Below, piece after piece: positions 38,746 to 50,989 of a DNA stretch of 64,000 nt (within the stretch, counting starts at the first letter, position 1; every line of letters begins with the position of its first letter). The notes under the pieces were generated by a model. That model worked only from the letters and a program-made list of their open reading frames with translations, had not been told where the DNA came from and did no database searches. The DNA lies in the NCBI GenBank assembly GCA_030141605.1, contig JAQGDQ010000025.1, forward strand, positions 416,907-480,906, written 5' to 3'. The position numbers and the translations under genes are program-made. The stretch comes from Tubiluchus corallicola (taxonomy: Eukaryota; Animalia; Priapulida).

Positions 38746-40043
38746 AAAAATAATTAAAATAATTTCCCACACACAAGAAATTACTTCGTGAAGCGGATTA
38801 CGGTTAGGATTAGGGCTAGGGTTAGAGCTAGGTTAGAAATAATATAGAGAATTGTAAACTCCTTCCAACTTTCCCTTATCCTAGCTCATATTTTATCGAG
38901 TTTGGCATTTTTCCTGTCTTTCCATTTGTACCATGTCTTCCTTTTCCATTTTATCCCATACACTGCCTGTACAGACGTCAGTATCACACGCCCCATTCAG
39001 TTTCATAAATAAATGGTGGAGAACTGCTTTGAAAGTTTTGGGCTACCCCCAAATGTACCACCCTCAAAGGGAAAGTAGAGGAAAAAGATCTCCGTTATTG
39101 TGCCATTAGTTCCTTAGCGTAAAAGCCTACTAGATCCGATTGCTCATTACGAAGGCTTAGCCCTTGAAATGGAGTATATACAACAACAAGAACAACAAAG
39201 CGAGTAAGTACTTAACACCGTGCCTACGGCCGATGCAGATAAATTGTAGATCGACTTACTGTTTTTCCTATCAATTTTCAAAGCTAATATTTTGTCAAAG
39301 AAGCCATGGGTTTAGCTCTAGTTAACGTTCAAACGGCTTCGCTGCTCAGGCGGTGCAGAGACTTCAGGTGCACTATGTAATTTATGCTTCTTGTAAACTA
39401 TAACTACAGACTACTGATAATTTTTCCTTTGAGAGATGCTTAAATGCAAGCCGCGTGCACACAGATGTCTCATAAACGGTTGCCATGGTTACCGCATCCT
39501 CGTCCTCCTCGCAGATTTTTAACGCGACAACAAAATGGAAAAAAGAAGAAAAGATTGCGAGGTATCACTTTCCATTGTGGGCAAGGATAGGGATATATAA
39601 CTACACGAAAACTGATCCATTGTTGGGGAAATGCAAACTAGATAGAAAATAAGTATCTTAAATGTAATCACCGGAAAATCGTGAGCTTAACGTCGCACAA
39701 TGAAAAGTATCTATATACACGATATACCGTAATTGAATATTCAATGACTGACTTATACTTGTATGCTAAACGGCTGCGACGGGACTGGGATCTAGTTCGT
39801 TATCAAGAATAAACCGGTCGATGTGGTTTAATCATGTTCTGTTTCACGTACAGCCTCATTGAAAGAACAGACAGCTGGGGGAGGGGGGCAGCATTGTATG
39901 TAGGTGAAAATGGCATGGGGGGAATGGCACAGGTAAAAATGACACAAAATATGGCACATAATGTTATTTTGATAATAATTCCTATAAAGAACTATGATGC
40001 AGCTCAGTAGGAAGGGCGAAGACAAGACGAAAAATCCTGAACA

Positions 40044-40320
40044 TAATAATATTAATAATAATAATAATAATATTTATTTAAAGTTGGCTTTTTGGATCAA
40101 CAACAAATAAGTTCCGAAGAGCCTGTGGGTCGACTATAAACAACAACCTACAACTAGATAACAGAGACTATTATTACCCCACTAATACCCTAAATACCAC
40201 GCGTCAGGCAGGGCAACAGCAGGTACCATTATTAAAGTCTTTGGTATGACCCGGCCGCTGTATCGAACTAACGACTTCCCAGACGGAAAGCGAACGCGTT
40301 ACCGCTAGACCACACCGCCA
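40044..40320 (-). mobile_element. tRNA-derived SINE with Meta/MESC-like central domain and (ATT)n tail
   Basis: A box TGGTCTAGCGG, B box GTTCGATAC, then GGGTCATACCAAAGACTTTAATAATGGTACCTGCTGTTGCCCTGCCTG; ends in (ATT)n at about 40072-40044. Confidence 0.7.
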
Positions 40321-40560
40321 AAGTTTGTTCGATGTTCGTCTGATTCCTTTGATAGGAAAAACGCAAAACAAAGATAAACATAATAATATATACAAAATAT
40401 GCCCATATAAGTATTATAAAGACTACCAAAAGCTCACAAAATGTTATGTTCTTTTAAAAGGAATTGTAGTCCTTAATGCACGAACATTTCACATAGTGTT
40501 TATCTACATTTCTTTACCCATTTGACGGTAGTAATGGACTGACAAATTAACGGACTGACG

Positions 40561-40727
40561 GCGCATTCAGACTAGAAAGTTTTCTCTCGAGAGTTCTCTC
40601 GGCTAGTTATTGCAAACTCTCTGACAGTTGCCGAGAGTTCTCTCACGAATTTCTTGCAGTCAAGTTCTATTCACTGCGAGAACTCTCAGAGAGAACTCGA
40701 TAGAGAAACGCTCTAGTCTGAACGCGC
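40561..40727. mobile_element. Short hairpin-like MITE (Harbinger-like termini)
   Basis: TIRs of about 40 bp: GCGCATTCAGACTAGAAAGTTTTCTCT versus reverse complement GCGCGTTCAGACTAGAGCGTTTCTCT; internal GAGAGTTCTCTC repeats. Confidence 0.7.
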
Positions 40728-41845
40728 AGCAAGTTAGCTTATAAAGCCACATAAATGTATAAGCAATTTAGGTTATACGCAGCGTTACACAGTTTTGCAA
40801 ACGAAAATTTCTCAAAATGGAACCTGAAACAAACGTGTAGTTTGTTCTGGTGGAGATAATAAAAAAATACCCTATCTTGTAAAACAAGTCCTCCTCTTTC
40901 CAAAGAGCTATAGCTGTTGCTTCAGGAATGTTTTTTATACGTGGCGTCCGGCCAAGTTTCGGGAAACAAGAACGAGTGAATAAATGTCCATTTTGACAGT
41001 TAGTTTTCACTTCCTCTTCCTGCCATGAGTAGGCGTGGATATGATTTGATGTCATTTTTTTCCCTGCCCACGTTCTCCACGAAGTTTCATGGAAATCTGA
41101 TAAGCCGTTTTTTGCATAATAGTCTTACTCCCATTTAACAGTCAAAAACAACCAAACAAACAAACAGCATTGAAGCATAACTTTCCTAGGAAGAAGCCAA
41201 AATAACTAATGTATATTATCCCCACAGCAACACAAATCACTTCACATAAGAGTGCCATTCTTTCATATTTTCTGCCCTTTTCCCCCCGTGCCATTTTTCC
41301 GGTGCCAATTTTACTTGTACGATTTTTACCTGCGCCATTCTTATCTTACACCCATAAAATCGCGATTTTTGACTTTGCGAATACGTAATAAGGTCAAGAG
41401 ATAAGGTTCCATAAAGACAAAATTTGTCCATTTTGCCAATGTCAAAGATGAAGACTAGAGACTAACATAGCCAAAGTGGTAAATTTTGATAAAGCACAAC
41501 ACGTAGATGTATAACTTAAGACTGCTAAAATCAATTGAACGCCTGCTATATAATTATGCCACACACACGCCTCACTAATCAACACCTCATTGTAGCAGCT
41601 GTAATGGCCACTTTTATAGCCTGAAATTAATTCCTCAAGATTAAACCGCAGAACGGCAGATTTGAAAATGTCACCTTGCATTAAACTGCGTTTGACCGTT
41701 TCCCGTCAGTACACCTTCACGTCTGATTGGACAGTGACTAGCACAACAAGAAAATCTCTGATTAAATGACCACAGTTGCTATACAATGTTTTTTGTGGCA
41801 TTAAAAAATGACGATATTCAAATAGCACAAATAAAGGAATAAGCA

Positions 41846-42210
41846 GTAATGTCCACTATATTACTTGTTAACGTCAACAACTGGCGTAATGTCTACTGCA
41901 TTACTTAGGTCAACAACTGGTATAATGTTTACTACATTACTTAGGTCAGCAATTGGAGCAATGTCTACTGCATTACTTAGGTCAGCGACTGGTACAATGT
42001 TTACTGCATTATTTTGGTTAAGCAATTGGAGTAATGTATACTGCATTATTTTGGTTAAGCAATTGGAGTAATGTATACTGCATTATTTAAGTTAGTAATT
42101 GGATTAATGTCTATTGCATTACTTAGGTCAAAAACTGGAGTAATGTCTAGTGCATTGCTGAGGTCAACAAATGGAGTAATGTCAAATGCATTATTTAGGT
42201 CAGCAACTGA
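41846..42210. repeat. 36-bp minisatellite, about 10 diverged units
   Basis: Unit AATGTCTACTGCATTACTTAGGTCAACAACTGGTAT; 12-aa periodicity in the overlapping ORFs. Confidence 0.9.
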
Positions 42211-42309
42211 CGTTTCACTGTAATCAGTTTGTTACAGCATAGCTGACGACAAACTTGTAAAAAACAGAGAGGTTACAGCGAGGATATAATTTAACAATTA
42301 GAAAATCAT

Positions 42310-43360
42310 ATTATTATTATTATTAATACAGGTCTAGAGAAACAGGGTTTTTATGGAATTTTTTATTTGCTTGTGCTAGCTGTAGTTATCAAGGAAACAT
42401 CTTAGATAAGTAATTCCACAGATAATAATCCCGAGGAAAAAACTAGATTTATTTTGCGTTCGGGAATGTGCAAGATGAAACTGAGGAACAGCGAACGAGT
42501 ACTCTGAAAAATTCAGAGAGAATCTTCTAAAGAAGCTTGGTGTAGCAAGTGATTACTGACAGGGCCTATTTCGGGGGGGGGGGGGGTAAGTGGGGATACT
42601 TCCCCGGGGCCTCACCCTCCAGGGGGGCCGCGCGCCGAGGTAACATTTTTTTGCTTTATGCGAACATTCAATTGTTCTTTCCTTTAACAACTGCATAACT
42701 CCATTTTTTTTTCGAAAATGCTTCTCCGGCGTTCTAGCAGTTCAAAAATTTTCTGGTGCTTCGCCCCCCCCCCCCCGAGGGGGCCCCACTTCCCCGGGCC
42801 TCGCTTAGGCTGAAATAGGCCCTGACTACTGATAAGCAGATACTGATTACTGACAACCCAAATCAGAGCCAGTTAAATCGCCAGCGTTCATAATTCTGCA
42901 ATTTGTCAAGTAAGTTAAGGTAAGGGTTGAGTCACCAGCCCACCTGCTCCAAACAAAATTGGACTGTCGGTTGTGAAGGGTACAGTATCAAGAGTTAGCT
43001 ATTTTCTGGAATGATACACGTATTCAACGTTTTTGGATGAAGCACCTGCGCTAGACAGCATAGTACTGAAATGGTAAGAAAGGGATGCAAGTTTTGAATT
43101 CTTTACATTAAAGGTGACCAGCCAGTTCCATCAATATGCAAAGTAAATTCAAGATCTAGTTTGAGCTTGTGAGACGCTTCTAGTTGTAGATTGCACAGTG
43201 GGGCACTACGGTACATGTTATATAGATGATTATCACCAGCTTAAACAGAAAGCTTACAAAATATATTGTAGCATGGTAAAGCATGGTATATTACAGCATT
43301 GATAACCAGTAGAATCGAAGTAAGGTTTACTATAGAACATTGCGAAACATCAGAATTGAT
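42310..43360 (-). mobile_element. Decayed LINE (CR1/L2/Jockey-type) reverse transcriptase 3' fragment
   Basis: INSDVSQCSI (resembles SGVPQGSI) at 43360-43331, degenerate ADD motif near 43240, WLVTFNVKNSK at about 43124-43092, (TAA)n tail near 42310-42325; frameshifted. Confidence 0.6.
42560..42824. mobile_element. hAT-superfamily MITE, 265 bp
   Basis: Perfect 13-bp TIR CAGGGCCTATTTC/GAAATAGGCCCTG; 8-bp TSD ATTACTGA (42552-42559) / ACTACTGA (42825-42832); GC-rich with poly-G and poly-C runs. Confidence 0.88.
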
Positions 43361-44526
43361 TTCATACCCCAACGAAGTCTCTTTTCATAAGTAACATACA
43401 CTTCAAGTTTGGGAATGACACTCGAGTAGCCTTTAGCACTGGTAGGGGAAGTATTAATGGTGGGCAGTCAGTGGCTTTGACTGCAATGTTCAAAAGATCG
43501 GAGATTAATTTTCCCGACCCGAATGAATGCACTTCGTACAAATTAGTGAATTATTTTATCTTCATCTGCTGCAAGGCTCAAGGCTCCTTCAAGGTACCGA
43601 ACTGTAAAACAAACCACCATGTTTATTGAGCGACGATCGTTCGGCTACCATAGCTATTATCAAACTATAAATCAGGCCAAAAAAGAAGAGTAAATAATAC
43701 ATTAATGATACAAAGGCAAAAACTGAAACTACAAAAACAGCAGATTAGAATTTAACAAACAGCAAATAAGGTTGTGATGGAGGAAATTGCAGAGAAATGC
43801 AAAAAAAAATTACCTAACACATGAGAACCAGAAAACCTGAGTGCGACAAGGTGCCACCGATGATAGTTGCATGTTAAAAATCGGGCGGAGCCTCATAATG
43901 TAGAAGGCCTCTGTTATGTTGAGATCTTGAACATTACTTGCTCTGTATAAAATGCTAAATGCAGAGTCGAAGCCATCCCAACCACCTCCGTATGCAGTAT
44001 GGTAAGAGCCAATCTGGCCCTAGCGATGCTCCCCAATTCTAGTAGAAAGATGACACTTCGTCTGACCAATGTAAGACGTTTGGCACATACCACAGGTGTA
44101 CTCCGTACACAATACTAAAACGTAATAATTTGTAAGTGCATTTTGTCACTGGCAGACAGGAGAAAAGCTTCACTGTAACCAGAAGTGCATGCAGTGGAAC
44201 GAGAGACAATCTATGCACTGCTGCACAAAATGCATTGTACAAGCTCCCCGGTACTGTATCTGTAGAAAGACAGGGTGTACTGTGGAATCAAGAGACCGTA
44301 CGTTCCAAAAACAACAGCAAATGGTAATCAAAGAAGGAACAACCATAGCCATTTGTGTAACCGAAACGATCATCGTTCAATAAACATGATGATTATAATG
44401 CATTTCAAGAATGTTAACAGAATTCATCAGCCATTGGCTCTTCAATTTATAATAACATACTATTCTTTACCTAAAAGCTACAGTAGTGATAATTATTACG
44501 CTAAACTGTTTGCACAAGAAACTTAC

Positions 44527-44796
44527 ATGAATATCGGATCCATCTTTCTTGCTGGATGCCAGGAGGCGCTCACAGTAACTTCCTTCTAGAAATATGATAC
44601 CGGACGGTTTAAGGAATGTCTCATTTTCGTAGTAAAACAGTAAATTCTGGTACAACACAAACCAACGTAACTGCCACCTAGCGGAATCTGTGCTTCTCTT
44701 GTAAAGGTAACCGGAAGTCAGGCTGCTGAGGTTACTCCGAGCTTTCTCCGCCAACATGTACAATTGTGCGTCGTTGATTCGGATGCCCCGCTGCAT
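44527..44796 (-). CDS. RasGRF: RasGRF coding exon 1 (N-terminus, PH1 domain)
   Basis: MQRGIRINDAQL...GYLYKRSTDSARWQLRWFVLYQNLLFYYE...DIH; acceptor tttttag|GTCAAAATG (exon starts 44802), donor CAT|gtaagt; 270 nt, ends phase 0. Confidence 0.95.
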
Positions 44797-47299
44797 TTTG
44801 ACCTAAAAAGACAGCAACACTTTTTAATGTACTGCTCAATCCAAATCGAATAAACTGTTTAAACTAAAACTAATATACTACTGATAATATCAAATTACTA
44901 ATTTAGCTGTGCAGACATTTCGACATAGACATTTGAACACATGGCAATTTGGACACATAGGTCTTTTGGCTGTAAAGAGATTTGGACAATAGGTCATTTG
45001 GACACGAGGGTTACGGGTTTATATCATGAAAAAAGGCCTTGAGAGGTAACTTGACTAGATGTTTTACCAAGTGATTTGCACACTTGCTCCTTAGCACTAT
45101 TAAGAGTATCAGTGTTTAGCCAAAATGGAAAAATTTGACAGGAGAGCTCTCTAAGTTTATCTAAGATACAAGTAACTCCTGTTAGTTTAATAAATTCTTT
45201 TAGAAGCATTGCGCTGCAGGAGTGCTTGACTGCTTGCATGTGGCAAATAATAAGATAACTGTACCGTCAGATTACAGAAACAGGTACATGCCTCTTTGTA
45301 CAAGGAATTATTTGGACAATTTTCATGATGAATTCTTGTACATAAATAGTACAATGACATTTCATTAAAAATGCTTAACTAGTTAATCTGAAAGTCATAG
45401 TAATGGTTAGCATAGCCACCAGAAAAACAGACGGTCTTGGGTTCTAATCCCAGTAGAAATGCAAGTGTTTCATACTTTTCTAATTTAGCATTGACTTCGT
45501 GCGTTTACATGATTAATCATTTAGTTTTGCAATGAAAATATTTGAAAACAAGTGTAGAGCAACTCGGCAAAGCAAACACAAAGATTCCAAGAAATCCCCA
45601 AGTGACTATAGCGCGCTTAATGTATTACACGTTTACGACCCCATTCCCAGAACGTGTATTATAATAACTAAATTGTTCATAGGTACCCATTAAGCATGTT
45701 TTATTCATGGCTACTTGTATAAAATATTAATTGTAGGGCTTTGTAGGCCCTAAATGGAAAGCAAAACCTACCACCATCCGCATTTTGTTTGACATGATGC
45801 TGGACAGAAAAGTCAGTTATTATAAACTGGAATGAGTTCTAGAAGATGGTGAAACGTCTTCCAAAAAATTATTCCAGAAAGGAAAATGTCTTACAAGTTC
45901 TTTTAGGAGCGGCATGTTGTTATAAACGCTTCCAGAAACTTCTTTCACAAATAACAATTAGTTCAAATCATAAGCTGTCAAAACCCGTTAAAATTGGGGT
46001 CTGTTGCAAATACTAATAAAAGAAGTTTTTCCGAAACACCAAGTTGTCATAAATTCTGTTAAGACGTTCCACAAGCTGAAAGTTCTTAAATGCTATCAGA
46101 AACGTCTTGCAAAAAGCACTCACTTGCAATAGGTAAAAGAATCTTCTTGCACACACAGAGAAACAGTAGGTTCTTGTAAATTCTTCCAAGTCGATTTTTT
46201 TAGCAAATAACAGATTGTTTCAAAACTTTCAGAGATGACTTTCAGAAACACCAAGTTGCGAAAACTGTTTCTAAAATCTCACTCAATATGGTATAGCTAA
46301 CACAGAGCTTCTTGTACAATCATTTACAGAAACATCAAGTCGCATGATAAATGATGCTAGAAATGCGTTTCAAAAATAGAAGTTTTTACAAATGCTTCAA
46401 AACCTCGTTCGAAAATAGCTAATCTTAACAACCTTCTGAAAAGTTACTTTGAAACGTTTAGCGAGTCGTTACGTTGGTCTGGAAACTGATACAGTGTTCA
46501 CAAATTCGATTCCTTCCTTCCCGAGGCACTTGAAAGCTTGGACAAATAACTTGACGCGAACCATCAACTTCCATATACATTCTTCATTAGTTCCTACTTC
46601 AGCAGAAGCGAATCACTTGAAGGCGGGAAAGCTACAAGGTTATAACCTGCTCTGATGCACACACAACCCTGGCGCATATTATTTTATCGATCATTATGCA
46701 ACAGCTATTATAACGTTAATTGTACGCGAGTATTGTTCTGAATAATTAATAACAATTGCGTGAATACGCTATCAGCACGCAGCAGGTACGCCTGCGATTT
46801 GCTCGAGAACTTTGGTAAGCTCATGTTTCTGCATGCTAACACCTTCTCAACCACCCGCGGAATTTACGTGAAAAAGAAACTTGCTAGAATCGGCTTCTCT
46901 TCAATGCGCATCGCAACAAGCTTACTTCCAGTTGACGGGAAAACGTGCTTCTCTTACACACAATTACACGCGCATGCGATACCTAGATGTATGTATGTAA
47001 GCCTTTAAGCACCAGAATATAATCAATTACGCCATGCGGACGATCGCAGTAAAACACGCGTTACGTTCAATTGCGCCACCACGTCGTTATCTGAGCAAAA
47101 ATTACGGTATTTTATTCTAGATCCCTGCTCATAAATAAAAATCATTATCAGAAGTAATAAGCCTTTTCACAGTTCCTGCGATTGACGATGATCGTGAAAA
47201 GATCAAAGATTAAGTGTACCAGACAACACATTTCTACATACGCCTCACAGCCCAAGCTATTGTAATACTAACAGTTTTAACAGCTAGCTAGAACCTTAC

Positions 47300-47505
47300 C
47301 TAGTGCTTTTTTCTTGTTTCTAAACAAGATCCCGCTAGTAAATCACTCTACGGACAGACTAATGTATAATTAAGTAAAGTTCACGTAAAACAAAGCAAGT
47401 TACTGAACTGATGCGGCAGACGGCTTTACTTTGCACACATGTCACGTGACGGTTGTAGATAAAACATGTACACTTAACCTTTGATCTGCAACTGCGCGCA
47501 CGCAC
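47300..47505 (-). promoter_or_regulatory. Candidate RasGRF core promoter and non-coding first exon (about 47409-47300)
   Basis: Inr-like TCAGTT at 47411-47406, ATG-free stretch of about 110 nt, donor TAG|gtaagg at 47300/47299, palindromic E-box GTCACGTGAC at 47441-47450, NRF1-like TGCGCGCA near 47493; the acceptor 6 nt upstream of the ATG implies an upstream exon. Confidence 0.5.
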
Positions 47506-50500
47506 AGCGAAACTGCGAAAAGGCTTACTATGTTGCTGCTCAAACTGGGGTAAATGAAAACTAAGAAATTAAAATATCCTGTTTAAAATACAACCTTTAG
47601 GGATCTCTGAGTGACACAGATAACGTGCATCATTGCAACTGTCTGCAAGTGGAACACCCTAGGAACAAGCCGTTGACAGAAAAAGCAATTTTTTCTATTT
47701 TTCTCATCTAGAGTTTAGCAATTCTTGTGATATTTTGAGTGGCAAGAAAAACATACAAAAATTTCAAAAATACTGATAGCCTCAGTTGCTGAGAGAAATG
47801 GCAAAGTGGCCATTGTGCATGTTTAGCGACCAAACTAAAACAGCACTGGTTACGGTTACTAGGTGGGTGGGTGGAAGTTAGGAAAACTGCTTGTAGGCTC
47901 TGCCATACTCCCGTCTATTTACAAAATCTACAATTTACAATAAGTATTTACAAAATCTCGTCGAGATAGGGCACATGTGTATCAGCAAGCCTACATCTAT
48001 GTGGGGTATGTGTTACAAAATTTCACATAGAGCAGTTTCAAAATGACAGTGGTCTTTTTTCGAAATACGAAGTCTTTAATGTTTTGACGATGCACATGGT
48101 CCTCCATTCTCCAGCTGATTTAGACAATCGTTCTGTAAAAGGTGATAAGAAGTTCGCAATTCAAATAATTTCAATTGTTACGTAACAGTGGGAAAAAGCC
48201 GTTTATATAAAAAGACAAAGGTGCTCCAGGGCAGCTAGGGTACTGTATGGGTATCGTTTATGCTCACTTCACGATAATTATAAATAACTTATTCAAATTC
48301 TGTTACAGGAAGGCGTTATGACTTGAGTGAATCGTGGTCTATTTATTTTTCCATAAAGAACTTGGAGGTCGTGTCTTTCAACGTGTAGTTGTTTTGGATA
48401 TAACAATGTATTTGTAAAGGAACGGATGAGCAAGGGTTATTACCTTTATAGGTAGCGCTAAGATTGAATATGTGGCGCCGTCTGCCGAACAGTTTTCAAA
48501 TATTCCGAGAATGGTGTGAAGATACTTTTTCAGCCGTTAATTAAAACTGTTTACCTAAATAGGTGTCGAACTGTGTTCCAAAATGAAACCATAACCACTC
48601 CAAGTCCTACTAGTGGGCCTGTGCAAACTAATCTCTGAGCTGCTTTTGCGTTTTTGACTTGAATGCTTGCACATAAATTTACTAACATTGTAAACCAGAG
48701 TGCCAATTTAATACCTTGAATGTGAATTGACGATGCTAAATCTTTAGTTTGTAAATATATATACAGGTAGATTTACGTAGATATACACAAACGAGGAGGT
48801 GGAAAAAGAAAACGAAGCCACATCCTATTGCCTGTGTATCTGATCAAGAGCTGCTAAACAAAGCAGATTGTATCCGCAGGCTGATTTTAGATTTGCACGA
48901 AAATTATTAAACCAGCAATATTTAGAGTCACTGGAATCAAGGCAAAGTAAATAAACTTTCGCTAAACTCGCTTTTTTTCTAACACTACTAAAATGGATAC
49001 ACGTGTCCAGTTCGGCCAAATTAAAGTAAAAGTAGATGATTAAATGTTGTTGTCAAACAGTTTGTTAGCCAACTAACTGACCAACTGACTAACCAACCGA
49101 CCTAACAACAGCTGAACAGACACGAAAATAATCAATAAACCGATAAAAGACTCTCCACTGCTCGACTGACTGACCGCTAACTAAGAAACAAAAGTGAATG
49201 AAGAGAAAAAAATGAACGAACGAAGCAGGGCTCACCACCAAACTTAATAAGTTAAACAAACGAGAATGTAAAAAAACGAAAAACCTGCAATGTACAGAGG
49301 ACAACAAAATTAACGAAAGATTCTTTAAATTAAAGAAAACTCGTTAAAACGTTTCGTATTTTACAAGTAAGCGGAGAAAAACGAACATGAACGAAATGGC
49401 TTCACGCAGGTGCGTGTGCGGACAGAAAGAGAAGCCTAAAACAGGAAGAACAATTTAATGCAACGAGAAGTAAGGTAAGTAACAGCATCACTGTCCGTGC
49501 GCAATATTGATCAAATTATGAAAAATTGCCGCAGTGGCTATGGCTTTATTGCACCACAGTTATACAACACTTATATTGCCTGCGCGATAGATCATTCGCT
49601 GCTTCAGACACAAGCTGCATGTTGTTAGGAAATAAACTAAAGTAAATTGGAAAAAATGACAGGCAACAATTGTAAAATTCCAGGAAGTTTAAATATTCAA
49701 TAAGAATTATAACACAATGCGTGTTCAGGTGGGTTGTAACCACGGCAAAGACGGCTGAACAGTTTCAGAAGTCAATTAGAATTTTTCTTAAAGTTTTTAA
49801 ACGTTTGCCTTAGCTGAAACAATATAGTAATCAGCAACTCAGTCAACAACAAACGAATCAAGCAAACAAAGGAATTAACTAACCTACTGACTAATCGTGC
49901 AAACGCTCTTATGCTGTCCAACCGATAAGACGCATGCACGGATGCACGCACAACAAATGGCCAAGCGAACAAGTAAAGAAGAGCGAATGAATGAGGAAAA
50001 CACAAACAAATAAAGGAGCAAACGAATAAAAAACAAGCAAACAACTAACGAACGTACACACAAATAACCAAATGTATATACTGACAAACAAATAGGAAAT
50101 TTACCTTTACAAATTCTGTTTTAAAATCAGCATTTCAGCATCAATTAAAACGTTCAAAGATTACAGGCCTCAATAATTTTTAACTCACAACACTGTGTTA
50201 CCGCGCGCTCACACAATTATATGGTCCCTTCGTAATAAAACGCTTCACAAACGGGTTTCTTTTTGTGCGCAACTAAATAATGCACGCAGCTTTTGAAATT
50301 AAAGGTGAAATTAAAGATGGCATCTCCTCTTTCAGGGCTAATCTCCGCCTCATAACAACAAGAAACAAGTAATGTCTCCTCCATTACGAGGGAATATTAT
50401 CATTAAAGTCTTACAAATAATCTGCTCAATATTGTAGCGTACACAGATGAAAAGGAATCCGTGTTTGGGGCAGATCCATGCAGGGGAATTTATAAAACTA

Positions 50501-50989
50501 TACGACAAAAGCAATTCGTGCTAACCCAACCTAAGAAAAACATGCGTAGTTTTCCTGTTCGTTTATAACATACCTAACATCAGTTTAATAACAAACTTAC
50601 TGGAAATAATATTGGTTTCGTTGCTAACCCCGACGTTGCTTTCTTCTGCATGCGCTGCTACAAAGTGATGTTTAAAGTCAATGCAAATAATAAAGTCGTT
50701 CGAATGGAAAAGATAAGATTATGATGGCTTCTAGAGGTTAGAGACTTAGCGATTTGCAAAGAATTTTAAACAATTGGATGATCGCTGTAAAACCAATAAT
50801 TTGACAGCGGCTTGTAGCAAAACGTCTTTTTGTTTAATTTAATGCGTAATTTTTATTCAAAAAATATTAAAAAATATTTACCAGAAAGTATAAAATACGA
50901 ATGCAGGATAAAACGCATATACAGCGCAGAATAAAATTATAAAAAGCGCTAGTTAAAAGATTACGGATAAAAGCAGAAAGAGCCAAGGC

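Noticed and set aside
40250-40320. Possible tRNA gene
   Set aside because: A and B boxes are present but there is no complete cloverleaf, and it runs into a SINE body; treated as a SINE head
45398-45455. tRNA-like A/B boxes (similar remnants at about 34820-34890 and 63945-63985)
   Set aside because: Degenerate with no closing acceptor stem; probably old SINE heads, too weak to annotate
49400-49480. Plus-strand donor AAG|GTAAGT suggesting a divergent transcript
   Set aside because: A single motif at chance frequency with no linked exons or ORF
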